Notes under the pieces: model-generated
What the model was told of the DNA's origin: nothing
The model's database searches: none
The model's input: the letters and a program-made list of their open reading frames with translations, nothing else
Shown: one piece after another, positions 19,909-29,197 of the stretch
Layout: every line of letters starts with the position of its first letter
How positions within the stretch are numbered: position 1 is the first letter of the stretch
Assembly (NCBI GenBank): GCA_017992605.1
Contig: JAGOOG010000006.1
Location: forward strand, 55,276 to 119,275
Origin: Deltaproteobacteria bacterium
GTDB lineage: Bacteria; Desulfobacterota; Desulfomonilia; UBA1062
Direction of reading: 5' to 3'
Length of the DNA stretch: 64,000 nt
Position numbers and translations under genes: made by a program

Positions 19909-20571
19909 TCACGGGAAATACCCGAGCAGTTCCCTGGGGTCGGATATCAGGATCCCTGCACCGCCCGCCATGAGACGCTCTCTGTCCTGATAGCCCCACA
20001 GAGCCCCGACAGGGACCATACCGGCACTCACCGCGGTCTGCATGTCAATGGCGCTGTCACCGACGAGGATGCATTGCCCGGGGTTCACACCCATGGATTC
20101 GGCACAGAGCAACGCCCCGGCAGGGTCAGGTTTCCTCGGGCAGTCCGGGGTCAGACCACGGACCTCGTCGAAGCTCCAGTCCGGCAGAAGCCTTGCCGCC
20201 ATTGCCTTGGCGAATGCATCGATCTTGTTGGTGAGGATGGAGATCCTGATACCCTTCTCCTCGAGTCCGTCGAGCAATTCCGCGATCCCGTCAAAGGCCC
20301 TGGATGTGTTCGACCAGCGGGAGGCATACTCCTCCCTCATGGCATTGACGGCATGTATCATGGTCTGAGGGCTCCTCTTCATTTCAGGAAGGGCCTTCAT
20401 GGCCATGACCTCGATGCCCTCTCCGATGAAATCGAGGTACCGCGCAACGGGATGGGCGGGGAGGCCAAGCTTCCGCAGGGCCTGATTCATGGAGTCGGCA
20501 ATATCATCGATGGTGTCCAGCAGGGTGCCGTCCATATCGAAGATCACTGCCCGGTACGCGTGTGTTTCCAT
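19909..20571 (-). CDS. HAD-superfamily hydrolase (phosphoglycolate phosphatase-like)
   Basis: Motif I VIFDMDGTLLDT, motif III K, motif IV GDSAIDM. Start moved to the internal Met (METHAYRAVIFD). Confidence 0.8.
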   Translation of the reverse strand: METHAYRAVIFDMDGTLLDTIDDIADSMNQALRKLGLPAHPVARYLDFIGEGIEVMAMKALPEMKRSPQTMIHAVNAMREEYASRWSNTSRAFDGIAELLDGLEEKGIRISILTNKIDAFAKAMAARLLPDWSFDEVRGLTPDCPRKPDPAGALLCAESMGVNPGQCILVGDSAIDMQTAVSAGMVPVGALWGYQDRERLMAGGAGILISDPRELLGYFP

Positions 20572-20585
20572 GGGTCTTCTTGTTG

Positions 20586-21143
20586 TCAGAGCTCCTTGCC
20601 GACCTGGAAGGCCTGGCCGACGACCTGCCCGAGCCTGTGGTATGTCTCCGAAGAGGTGGCATAGATGAGGGGATCCACAAGCAGAGGATCCACTGTCTTC
20701 CCCTGCAGGCAATCCTCCCTCACATATGTCTGTGTGATCTGACCTATGATGAGGGTATGGCTCCCAAGATCCAGGGAATGGAGGAAATTGCATTCGAGGT
20801 TCACCGGGCATTCGTTGATGAGCGGGATGTGCGGGTTCTCTCCCTTCCCGATGGTGAAAAGTTTCGACTTGTCCCGGTCCTTGCCGGAGTAGATGCCGCA
20901 GAAATCAACGACCTTCACCATCCTGCTCGTGGGGACGTTCACCGAGAAACACCTCACCGCATCGATGCCCCTGAGGGTGTGGCGACCTTTGCGGATGGCG
21001 ACCGAGACCGTGGGAGGCTGGTGGGAGGCGATACCGCACCAGGCCACGGTCATGAAATTGGCCTTTCCCTCCACCTCGGCGCCTATCAGTACCGACGGCA
21101 TGGGGAACAGGAGCGTACGGGGACCCTGCTTGACCTTGTTCAT
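20586..21143 (-). CDS. flavin reductase-like / flavoredoxin family protein
   Basis: FMN-binding split-barrel pattern (ANFMTVAWCG..., PLINECPVNLEC). Start trimmed to MNKVKQG. Confidence 0.75.
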   Translation of the reverse strand: MNKVKQGPRTLLFPMPSVLIGAEVEGKANFMTVAWCGIASHQPPTVSVAIRKGRHTLRGIDAVRCFSVNVPTSRMVKVVDFCGIYSGKDRDKSKLFTIGKGENPHIPLINECPVNLECNFLHSLDLGSHTLIIGQITQTYVREDCLQGKTVDPLLVDPLIYATSSETYHRLGQVVGQAFQVGKEL

Positions 21144-21622
21144 CCTCCACCTCCTTGATAGATGTACTCCACGACCTTGAGATATACCGGGTAGCTCGCC
21201 TGCACGAGGGAGATGATCTCGTCCCTGGTGAAGAGACGGCCCTTTCCTATGCCGGGACATCTGGCACGGGCTTCTTCCCAGGCCGCCACAGACCTCATGT
21301 TCTGGAACCAGAAGGGGAAGGTCAGGCACTGGACAGGCCTGACGGGATAGATGACGCACCCGTTCTCATAGAAGATGCACCTGCCCTGCTCTGCCTCGCG
21401 CACGGTGAACCCGTCCTTGAAGGGATCGAGCATCCTTTCCGTGAGAACCCCGAAAGGAATGTCGAGGAAGGCGGCTATCCGTTCCGCCTCACGCTCATCA
21501 ACGTAGACCATGCCGGGCTCTCCGGTGCAGCACAGGCCACACTGCGTGCAACCGAACCGCAGCCCTTCATCGAAGAAATATCTCCTTTTCGAGAGTGATT
21601 CGAGCACCTCATCCCTGCTCAT
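21140..21622 (-). CDS. YkgJ family Fe-S/zinc cysteine-cluster protein
   Basis: CTQCGLCCTGEPG motif diagnostic of the YkgJ (UPF0153) family. The 4-nt overlap with the flavoredoxin gene suggests an operon. Confidence 0.8.
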   Translation of the reverse strand: MSRDEVLESLSKRRYFFDEGLRFGCTQCGLCCTGEPGMVYVDEREAERIAAFLDIPFGVLTERMLDPFKDGFTVREAEQGRCIFYENGCVIYPVRPVQCLTFPFWFQNMRSVAAWEEARARCPGIGKGRLFTRDEIISLVQASYPVYLKVVEYIYQGGGG

Positions 21623-21817
21623 GGTTCAACCGCTCCTGACTGTCCCATAATGGAGAATACAGATGGAACAGTCAACCCATTCCGTCTGTTTCCCACTCAT
21701 CCGACGACCGAGGAGACGCGCGCCCGCGGGTAGCTGTCGATGCCAAAAAAATACTTGCCATTTCATGATAATTCCTATACCACCCAATCAGGAAACCAGG
21801 AAAGGAGAGGTGCTACA

Positions 21818-21991
21818 ATGGCTTACGTTATTTCTGACGAATGCATATCATGTGGAACATGTGCTGATGAGTGTCCCGTTGATGCGATCAGCGAGGGAGA
21901 GGACAAGTATGTCATCGACCCGGAACTGTGCACCGACTGCGGTGCCTGCGCTGACGTGTGCCCCACTGAGGCCATCAGCCCCGGGGAATAA
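21818..21991 (+). CDS. 2x[4Fe-4S] clostridial-type ferredoxin
   Basis: Two CxxCxxCxxxCP motifs (CISCGTCADECP, CTDCGACADVCP), 57 aa. AGGAGAGG RBS before MAYVISDE; the long ORF-track call is trimmed to this start. Confidence 0.9.
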   Translation: MAYVISDECISCGTCADECPVDAISEGEDKYVIDPELCTDCGACADVCPTEAISPGE

Positions 21992-22246
21992 GGCCATCTC
22001 GTCACAGGGCCCGGAGGACCCCACCTGCCGGGCCTTTCGTCGAAGGAACCCTCACCCTCTCTTCAACTATCTGTTTTAATTCCTTATATTTTGTCCAGTG
22101 CCAAAATTCTGTACACAAAGAACCACTGCACTCGGATGACCCAGGCGAGGAATACCTGGAGGATGGATCATCTCCCCTGCCTCGTGTCGGGGACCCTTCA
22201 GAGACCACCCACTCATGCGGCCGGAGAGCGGAGCCAAGCCGTGATA

Positions 22247-22537
22247 TCAGGCCCTGCTCGTCAACTTGGCCCTGAGAACATTGGAAAGGGAGAAGGTGAC
22301 CACCCTCCTCGGAGAGATGGTTATCTCCTCGGCCGTCTTGGGATTGCGCCCGCGGCGTGCGCTCTTTTCCCTTATCTTCCACTTCCCGAAACCGGAGATG
22401 CTCACCGGCTCGGTCTTGGCGAGATTTCCCTTGATGATATCGATGAAGGTCTCGATCCCTTCACTGGCCTCTTTCCTGGACAGACCGGTATTCAGAACGA
22501 TCTCGTCAATGATACCGCTTTTCGTGAGGGTCCCCAT
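22247..22537 (-). CDS. ihfA: integration host factor / HU family DNA-binding protein (IHF-alpha-like)
   Basis: SGFGKWKIREKSARRGRNPKTAEEITI matches the IHF/HU arm motif (GFG...R.GRNP.TGE). Confidence 0.85.
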   Translation of the reverse strand: MGTLTKSGIIDEIVLNTGLSRKEASEGIETFIDIIKGNLAKTEPVSISGFGKWKIREKSARRGRNPKTAEEITISPRRVVTFSLSNVLRAKLTSRA

Positions 22538-22612
22538 ACGGCACCTACCTCCTTTGTTCTCAAAGAGAGATATATAACTACATAAAATTATTAATGCGGA
22601 TACCCGCCCGTG

Positions 22613-22960
22613 TCAATATCCGAATGGACGATACGATGATCTCGGGAACTTGAGCAGCCCCATATCACGGGTCAGGATAAGCCTGAGGTCGGACATCCTT
22701 ACCATCTGAACCTCGTGATTCACGCCGTAGGTGAAGGGGAAGAGGTGGATCTTGCCGGGCAGGTCCTCCTCCTCGATAGGGGAAATCTTCAGTTTCCATC
22801 TCTGTCTTCTCATGTGCGGGACCACCGTCTTCAAGTCATCCCACGTGAAGCACTCGTTGAAGTAGTCTTCCTCCTGGACGCCGGTGGGGCTCATGTTCTC
22901 CTTGATGACCTCGTACCTTCCCAGTGATGGTACGATTACCTGAATGTTGTACCTTCTCAT
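22613..22960 (-). CDS. hypothetical protein
   Basis: 115-aa ORF with a GGAAGAG RBS before MRRYNIQVIV. No recognisable family. Confidence 0.4.
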   Translation of the reverse strand: MRRYNIQVIVPSLGRYEVIKENMSPTGVQEEDYFNECFTWDDLKTVVPHMRRQRWKLKISPIEEEDLPGKIHLFPFTYGVNHEVQMVRMSDLRLILTRDMGLLKFPRSSYRPFGY

Positions 22961-23090
22961 GCTCTTCCTATCGTCACCAGACAAGTCGTTCTTGAGCCTG
23001 CCGGCTGGATATTCTACTCCTAAGGGTAACGGCCGGGCTGTGAAAGTCAATGGATGCGGACGATCAGTGGCAGGCAGGCATGGAGTGCAA

Positions 23091-24443
23091 TCAGGAAATG
23101 ATTTTCAGGGCGGACGACACATCCGGCAGCGCCCTGACTTCAGCGCCGTCGGCCCGTGAAAGGGAATCGCGGTTTGCCTCGGGGATGATGATACGGGTAA
23201 ACCCCATCTTGAGGGCCTCCCGTACACGCGACTCCATGTGGCTCACCGGCCTGAGTTCCCCGGACAACCCTATTTCGCCTATGAAGACCATACCCCTGGG
23301 CACTGGCCTGTCGAAGGCGCTTGAAACGATGGCCATGACCAGGGAAAGGTCAACCGCTGGTTCGGTGACCCTGAAACCGCCGGCGATGTTCACCACGATG
23401 TCGGACTGTGCGAGGTAGACGCCCGCCCTCTTCTCCATGACGGCGAGGAGCACCGCGAGACGAGAGGGGTCGGACCCCATGGTGATCCTCCTCGGCATAC
23501 TGTAGGTCGTCCTGCTCACCAGGGCCTGGACCTCCACGACGAAGGCCCTGCTTCCTTCGCAGGTCGCCATGACTGCACTGCCGGGAGACTCGCCGCCGAG
23601 GCCGTGGATGAAGATGGCCGAAGGGTCCTTCACCTCGTGGAGCCCGGTCTGTTTCATCTCGAAGACCCCGATCTCGCCGGACGTTCCGAAACGGTTCTTG
23701 GATGTCCTCACGATCCGATACGCCCCGGTGTCATCCCCCTCGAATGACAGCACCGTGTCCACCATATGTTCAAGCATCTTGGGCCCTGCTACAAGCCCTT
23801 CCTTGGTGACGTGCCCGACGATGAACACGGTCACGCCCCTCGCCTTGGCGATCTCCATAAGGACTCCCGCACAGTGGCGTATCTGTGACACGCTCCCCGG
23901 CGGGGCGCCCACAGACTCGGAATACACCGACTGGATGGAATCGATGATGGCCAGGTCGTATACCCCTCCGTCTACCTCCTCGCGGATGCTCTCCATGAGG
24001 ACCTCGGGGAATACCACGATGCCGCTTGCAGCGAGGCCCAGCCTCTGAGCGCGCAGCCTGATCTGCGGGGCCGATTCCTCGCCGCTCACGTAGAGCACCT
24101 TGAGTCCCGACGAATCAAGGCTGTGCGCCATCTGGAGCATGAGGGTCGACTTTCCGATCCCCGGGTCGCCGCCGATGAGCACGAAGGACCCCTGCACCAC
24201 CCCACCCCCGAGCACCCGGTCGAGCTCACCGATGAGGCTGGTTCTCCTCACGGTCATGTCCGCCGTGATCTCGTTGAGCACCATGGGTTTCACCCTGCTG
24301 CTGCGGGACGGGGAAGGTCTTTCTTCGACGATCACGTCTTCCTCGAGGGTATTCCAGAGGCCGCACTGGTTGCACCTGCCCATCCACTGGTAATGGAGAA
24401 ACCCGCACGAGCTGCAGCGGAAGACCTTCCTCGGCCTGGCCAT
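23091..24443 (-). CDS. radA: DNA repair protein RadA/Sms
   Basis: N-terminal C4 zinc finger (CSSCGF...CNQCGLW), RecA-like Walker A GDPGIGKST, KNRFG motif and a C-terminal Lon-like domain. Confidence 0.95.
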   Translation of the reverse strand: MARPRKVFRCSSCGFLHYQWMGRCNQCGLWNTLEEDVIVEERPSPSRSSRVKPMVLNEITADMTVRRTSLIGELDRVLGGGVVQGSFVLIGGDPGIGKSTLMLQMAHSLDSSGLKVLYVSGEESAPQIRLRAQRLGLAASGIVVFPEVLMESIREEVDGGVYDLAIIDSIQSVYSESVGAPPGSVSQIRHCAGVLMEIAKARGVTVFIVGHVTKEGLVAGPKMLEHMVDTVLSFEGDDTGAYRIVRTSKNRFGTSGEIGVFEMKQTGLHEVKDPSAIFIHGLGGESPGSAVMATCEGSRAFVVEVQALVSRTTYSMPRRITMGSDPSRLAVLLAVMEKRAGVYLAQSDIVVNIAGGFRVTEPAVDLSLVMAIVSSAFDRPVPRGMVFIGEIGLSGELRPVSHMESRVREALKMGFTRIIIPEANRDSLSRADGAEVRALPDVSSALKIIS

Positions 24444-26140
24444 TACTGCTGGGTCACCCTCAGGACTTCCTCGATGGTGGTGACCCCGTCCTCCACCTTG
24501 CGGGCGCCGTCTTCCCTCAGAGTATGGAGACCTTCCTCGATGGCCTGTTTCTTGATGATGTTCGAGTCGGAGGTCTTGAGGATGGTGGTCTTGATGGCAT
24601 CGCTCATGAGAAGAATCTCATAGATGCCGGTCCTTCCCTTGTACCCGGTGTTGATGCACTCCTTGCATCCTGCCCCGCGCCAGAGATACCCCTCCCTGCC
24701 GAGCATGTCCTGGGACAGCCCGACCTCCAGGAGACTCTCGCTCTCGGGGAAATACTGCTGTCTGCAGTTCGGGCAAATCTTGCGCGTCAACCTCTGGGCG
24801 ACAATGGCGTTCACGGACGAGGTGACCAGGAACGGCTCGATCCCCATGTCGATGAGCCTTGTCACGGCGCTGGCGGAGTCGTTGGTGTGCAGGGTGGAAA
24901 AGACCAGGTGGCCGGTGAGTGCGGCCTGGATCGCGATCTCCGCGGTCTCCAGGTCACGGATTTCGCCCACCAGGATCACGTCCGGGTCCTGGCGCACAAT
25001 GGAGCGCAGCCCCGACGCAAAGGTGAGCCCGACCTTCGCGTTGACCGGTATCTGCCCGATGCCCTTGAGCTGGTATTCAATGGGATCCTCGATGGTCAGT
25101 ATGTTTTTGTCCGGCGAGTTGATCCTGCTCAGCATGGAGTAGAGCGACGTGGTCTTGCCGGATCCCGTTGGCCCTGTCACGAGGATGATGCCGTGTTCCT
25201 GCCTGGTGAGACGCTCGATGATGGCGAGGTCGTCGGGGTAGAATCCGAGCTCTTCGAGACCAAGCAGCACCGACGACTTGTCGAGGATCCTCATGACCAC
25301 CCGCTCGCCGTTCACCGTGGGCACCGTGGAGATTCTCAGGTCCACCGAGTGGTCGCCGAGCTTGATTCCGATCCTGCCGTCCTGGGGGAGGCGCTTCTCC
25401 GCGATGTTCAGGGTGGCCATGACCTTGATGCGCGAGACCACCGCAGGGTGGAGTCGTTTGGGAAGGCTCAACACGTCATGGAGGATGCCATCCACCCGGA
25501 ACCTTATCTTCACATCGCTCTGGTAGGGTTCCACGTGGATGTCCGAGGCCTTCTCCCGGAATGCCTGGACCATGAGCCGGTTGACCAGGCGGATGATGGG
25601 TGCCTCGGTCTCCATGGCCGTGATGTCCTGGATGCTCTCCAGGTCTTTGAGGATCTCGTCTTCTTCTTCCTCGATGTCCCCCATGATGTCCTTGGCGCTC
25701 TCGTCCTTCATCTCGACCAGGCGGTTGATGGCGGCCAGGATCTCCTGCTTCGGGGCGAGGACTCGCCTTATGTCCTTGAGGTGCAGCGTCCGGGAGATGT
25801 CGTAGAACGCCTCCTGCTCAACGGGATCGTGGACCGCCACGATCATGACATCGCCCTGCTGTTTGACCGGGACCATGGAGTATTTCCTGAGATAACTGAC
25901 CGGCAGCTTGTCCAGGACGGCCGGGTCGACCTCAAGGTCGCCGATCGTCTGCAGGACAGGGAGATCCCACTGCCTGCCGAGGGCTATCGCCATATCGTGA
26001 TCGCCAACCATGCCGGCCGACACCAGCGTCTCCCTCAGGGGAACACCCCGCTCCACGCTGATCTCCCTGGCCCGTTCCAGGGAGGAGGAGTCCACGGCCT
26101 GCATTTCGAGCAGGACCTGTTCGAGGTCTGTCCTTCTCAT
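24443..26140 (-). CDS. gspE: type II secretion / type IV pilus assembly ATPase GspE/PilB family
   Basis: N-terminal T2SSE_N domain, Walker [10 protein letters not shown], and the tetracysteine motif CPNC...CKEC, 565 aa. Confidence 0.9.
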   Translation of the reverse strand: MRRTDLEQVLLEMQAVDSSSLERAREISVERGVPLRETLVSAGMVGDHDMAIALGRQWDLPVLQTIGDLEVDPAVLDKLPVSYLRKYSMVPVKQQGDVMIVAVHDPVEQEAFYDISRTLHLKDIRRVLAPKQEILAAINRLVEMKDESAKDIMGDIEEEEDEILKDLESIQDITAMETEAPIIRLVNRLMVQAFREKASDIHVEPYQSDVKIRFRVDGILHDVLSLPKRLHPAVVSRIKVMATLNIAEKRLPQDGRIGIKLGDHSVDLRISTVPTVNGERVVMRILDKSSVLLGLEELGFYPDDLAIIERLTRQEHGIILVTGPTGSGKTTSLYSMLSRINSPDKNILTIEDPIEYQLKGIGQIPVNAKVGLTFASGLRSIVRQDPDVILVGEIRDLETAEIAIQAALTGHLVFSTLHTNDSASAVTRLIDMGIEPFLVTSSVNAIVAQRLTRKICPNCRQQYFPESESLLEVGLSQDMLGREGYLWRGAGCKECINTGYKGRTGIYEILLMSDAIKTTILKTSDSNIIKKQAIEEGLHTLREDGARKVEDGVTTIEEVLRVTQQ

Positions 26141-28455
26141 TCGGGTTGTGCCTTCCCGGGGGTGGTCATGTTCCGCAGCATCTTGTCCGCTTCACCCGAT
26201 TTCTCCTTGAAGAGCGCCTGGGTCTTCTCCTCCGTGTCGATGATCATGGGGGTGAGGAAGATGTAGAGATTGGTCTTTTCCCTGCTCCTTCCATAGGACT
26301 TGAACAGCCATCCGATGAGCGGGATATCGCCGAGAAGCGGCACCCGGTAGTCGCTCAGGGTCAGGGTATCGCCGATGAGGCCGCCGATGACCATGGTTGA
26401 TCCGTCCTTGATGTTCACCGTGGTGGAGGCGGACCGTTTCAGGGTGGAGGGTGCGTACTCGTCTCCCGTACTGCCCGGGACCAGGGTGGTGATTTCCTGG
26501 AAGAGATCCATCCTGATATTGCCCTGCTGGTTGATCTGCGGGGTGAGCTTGAGGGTGACGCCGACGTCGCGGTAGTCATAGGTGCGCACGGTCCTGTCGA
26601 TGTTCGTCGAATCCGTGTCCTCCCGGGTGACATAGGGGATGTTGGCGCCGACCTTGATCTCGGCCTCCTTGTTGTCCATGGTGAGGATCTGGGGTGTGGA
26701 GATTATGTTCACGTCCGAGTCCTGTGCCATGGCATTGATGAAGGACGACATGTTCGGGAAGGTGAGCTTGGTGCTGCCGCTCGTGACGGTAATGGCTTCG
26801 CCGATCACCCCGACGAGGGGACCGCTGGGCAGATCGCTCGGGCTGGCAATGAAGTTCTGGCCGGTCCTGCCGATGACCGCACCGATCCTCTCGCCGCTGT
26901 CATACTTGAAGTCTTCCGCAAAGGTCCACTCTACCCCCACCTTGAAGTCCTTGGTGGTATTGACCTCCATGATGGCGGCCCTGACATAGACCTGCTTGCG
27001 AGGGATATCGAGGAATTTTATGGTATCGATGATGTTCTTGTACTGGTAGGGGTCTGCATAGATGATCAGGGAGTTGGTCTCCTTGTCAGGGCTGATCTTT
27101 ATGTTCTGTTCCTTCAGGGCCGGGTTCACGACCGTCCTTGCCCGTGTCTGGGCGGCAGCGGTCTGCCCGGCGGCAGGGGCGGCAGCGGCCTGAGCCTGGG
27201 CATCGGGGCTCTCCGGGGTGGGAATCTCGGTCAGGACCTTCGCCAAATCCTCGGCGTTGGCGTACTGGAGGTAGTAGACATGGATGTCCTCTTTGCCGCT
27301 GGGGGTGGGTATGTCGAGCTTTTTTATAAGTCCCTCGATACCGGCGAGATCCTGGGGCGGCGCCATGACGATAATGGCATTGGTCCGCTCGTAGGGGATG
27401 ATCTTGGTGACGGTCTTGGTGCCGACGCTCTCGGGCTGACGGACGTTTCTCAAGCGCTGCAGCTGCTCCTGCCTCTCCTCGGTCATGATCTCACCGAGCT
27501 TCGCTGCCAGGTCAGTGGCGGAGGCATAGGTCAACGGAATGATCTTGACCTCCTGGGCAAACCCTGCCACATCGATGACCTTGAGGATGTCCATGATCTT
27601 CTTGATATTGGACTTGCTGTCGGTGACGATGAGGACATTGCTCTGGGGATAGGACAGGAGCTGGGAAGAGGCCTTGGACATGAGCGGGCTCAGGAGGTTC
27701 CGCATGTCGTTGGCATCGGAGTATCTGAGCTGGATGATCTGGGTGATCATGGTGTCGTCCCTGATCATGGGTGCTTCCGTCGTTGTCTCCAGGCTCTTGG
27801 TGATGGCATCGGCTGCCTTCACTATCTTGGTGACACCCCCCATATCCACCGTCCCGAAACCGTTCACCTCGAGAACGCTGAGGAAAACCCTGTATGCCTC
27901 GTCCATGGTCATCTTCCGGGGAGAGATGACCGTTATCTTGCCGGAGACCTTCTCATCGATGATGAAGTTCTTTCCCGTTATGTCGGCTATGAACTTGATG
28001 AACACCTTGATGTCCACCCCATCGAAGTCCATGGTGATGAACTGTCCGCTTTCGTCCACCTCCATCTTGGGCGGGGACTGCGTCGCCGTCTGATTCCCTG
28101 ACTTCACCGAGGGGGCTGGCGACGGCGACGACGCCCCCTGTTGCCCTGCGTTGACGTCATCTCCAGAGGGCTCTCCGGGGCCACTGTTCGTCGGGGTTCT
28201 CACGTTCGGATTGTTGCCAAAGTATTGCATCTGTTCCTGTTGTTTCCTGAACTCTCTGAGGGGTATCACCTTCTCCTTCTGGGTGGTGCCGGGCTGCTGA
28301 GGGGTCGTTGCCTGCTGTCTTGCAGGGGTGGTCTGCGTGCCCTGTTTCTTCACCGGCAGCGGGGCCTCATCCTGGATCAGCCGGGCTCCCCAGGTACCGG
28401 AAACACACAGAAGCACGATCAGAACAGCTCCCCCCATAACCCTGCGAATATCCAT
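26137..28455 (-). CDS. gspD: secretin (GspD/PilQ family outer-membrane channel)
   Basis: Signal peptide, N0/N1-like repeats, and the C-terminal secretin domain (VIGGLIGDT...VPLLGDIPLIGWLF). Ala/Gln/Thr-rich linkers. Confidence 0.9.
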   Translation of the reverse strand: MDIRRVMGGAVLIVLLCVSGTWGARLIQDEAPLPVKKQGTQTTPARQQATTPQQPGTTQKEKVIPLREFRKQQEQMQYFGNNPNVRTPTNSGPGEPSGDDVNAGQQGASSPSPAPSVKSGNQTATQSPPKMEVDESGQFITMDFDGVDIKVFIKFIADITGKNFIIDEKVSGKITVISPRKMTMDEAYRVFLSVLEVNGFGTVDMGGVTKIVKAADAITKSLETTTEAPMIRDDTMITQIIQLRYSDANDMRNLLSPLMSKASSQLLSYPQSNVLIVTDSKSNIKKIMDILKVIDVAGFAQEVKIIPLTYASATDLAAKLGEIMTEERQEQLQRLRNVRQPESVGTKTVTKIIPYERTNAIIVMAPPQDLAGIEGLIKKLDIPTPSGKEDIHVYYLQYANAEDLAKVLTEIPTPESPDAQAQAAAAPAAGQTAAAQTRARTVVNPALKEQNIKISPDKETNSLIIYADPYQYKNIIDTIKFLDIPRKQVYVRAAIMEVNTTKDFKVGVEWTFAEDFKYDSGERIGAVIGRTGQNFIASPSDLPSGPLVGVIGEAITVTSGSTKLTFPNMSSFINAMAQDSDVNIISTPQILTMDNKEAEIKVGANIPYVTREDTDSTNIDRTVRTYDYRDVGVTLKLTPQINQQGNIRMDLFQEITTLVPGSTGDEYAPSTLKRSASTTVNIKDGSTMVIGGLIGDTLTLSDYRVPLLGDIPLIGWLFKSYGRSREKTNLYIFLTPMIIDTEEKTQALFKEKSGEADKMLRNMTTPGKAQPE

Positions 28456-28474
28456 GATTCCCCCTTGATTCCGC

Positions 28475-29197
28475 TTATTCTTTCGGGTGCACTATGCTCT
28501 CGAAGTCCCTGTCTCCCCTGAGGGAGACCAGATCCGGATCCCTGCTGGCCCACAGCCTCACCTCGGGCTGCATCTCTGCGGCCTGACGCAGAGACGAAAG
28601 CGCGGCGTCCTTCTTCTTCAGCTTCGCATAGGCACAGGCCATGTTGTAAAGGGGCTCCACATAGTCCGCCGAGTTCCTTCTCGCCTGGACGAAGTAGTTC
28701 AGTGCCTCTGCAGCATTATCCTTTGCTAATAACACACTCCCCATATTATTCAATAACCTGGCGTCATCCGGCCTGAGTTTCTGGGCCTTGGCCATGGCGG
28801 CAAATGCCTCGTCGAAGCGCCCGGCGCCGTAGAAGAGCTCCCCCAGCTGGAGGTGGGCTTCCGCATAATCGGGCGTCTCCTTGATCACCTCCTGGTAGGC
28901 CGCAACGGCTCCCTCCAGGTCGTTCTTCCTGCGCAGCCGATCTCCCTTGTTCATGAGCTCCAGGGTGCGGACCGGCCCCGGCGTGACAGGCTGAGCGGCA
29001 ACCGTCTCGACGGACCGCTCTCCCCTTTCGGGTGCCATCCAGAAGATAGCGGCGGCGGTGAGCGCGGAACTGATCAGAACGGCTGCCGCGACGATCCAGT
29101 AGATCCTTCGTCCCCTGACGATATACGGCGTATTGGAACGAGACTGCTCGGGGCTGCTCGCCTGTGATCTCTTAAGGGCCTCGTAGATGGAACTCAT
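28475..29197 (-). CDS. TPR-repeat protein with N-terminal membrane anchor
   Basis: A hydrophobic segment, then tetratricopeptide repeats (AEAHLQLGELFYGAGRFDEAFAAMAKA...). Lies between the exeA-like and secretin genes. Confidence 0.7.
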   Translation of the reverse strand: MSSIYEALKRSQASSPEQSRSNTPYIVRGRRIYWIVAAAVLISSALTAAAIFWMAPERGERSVETVAAQPVTPGPVRTLELMNKGDRLRRKNDLEGAVAAYQEVIKETPDYAEAHLQLGELFYGAGRFDEAFAAMAKAQKLRPDDARLLNNMGSVLLAKDNAAEALNYFVQARRNSADYVEPLYNMACAYAKLKKKDAALSSLRQAAEMQPEVRLWASRDPDLVSLRGDRDFESIVHPKE

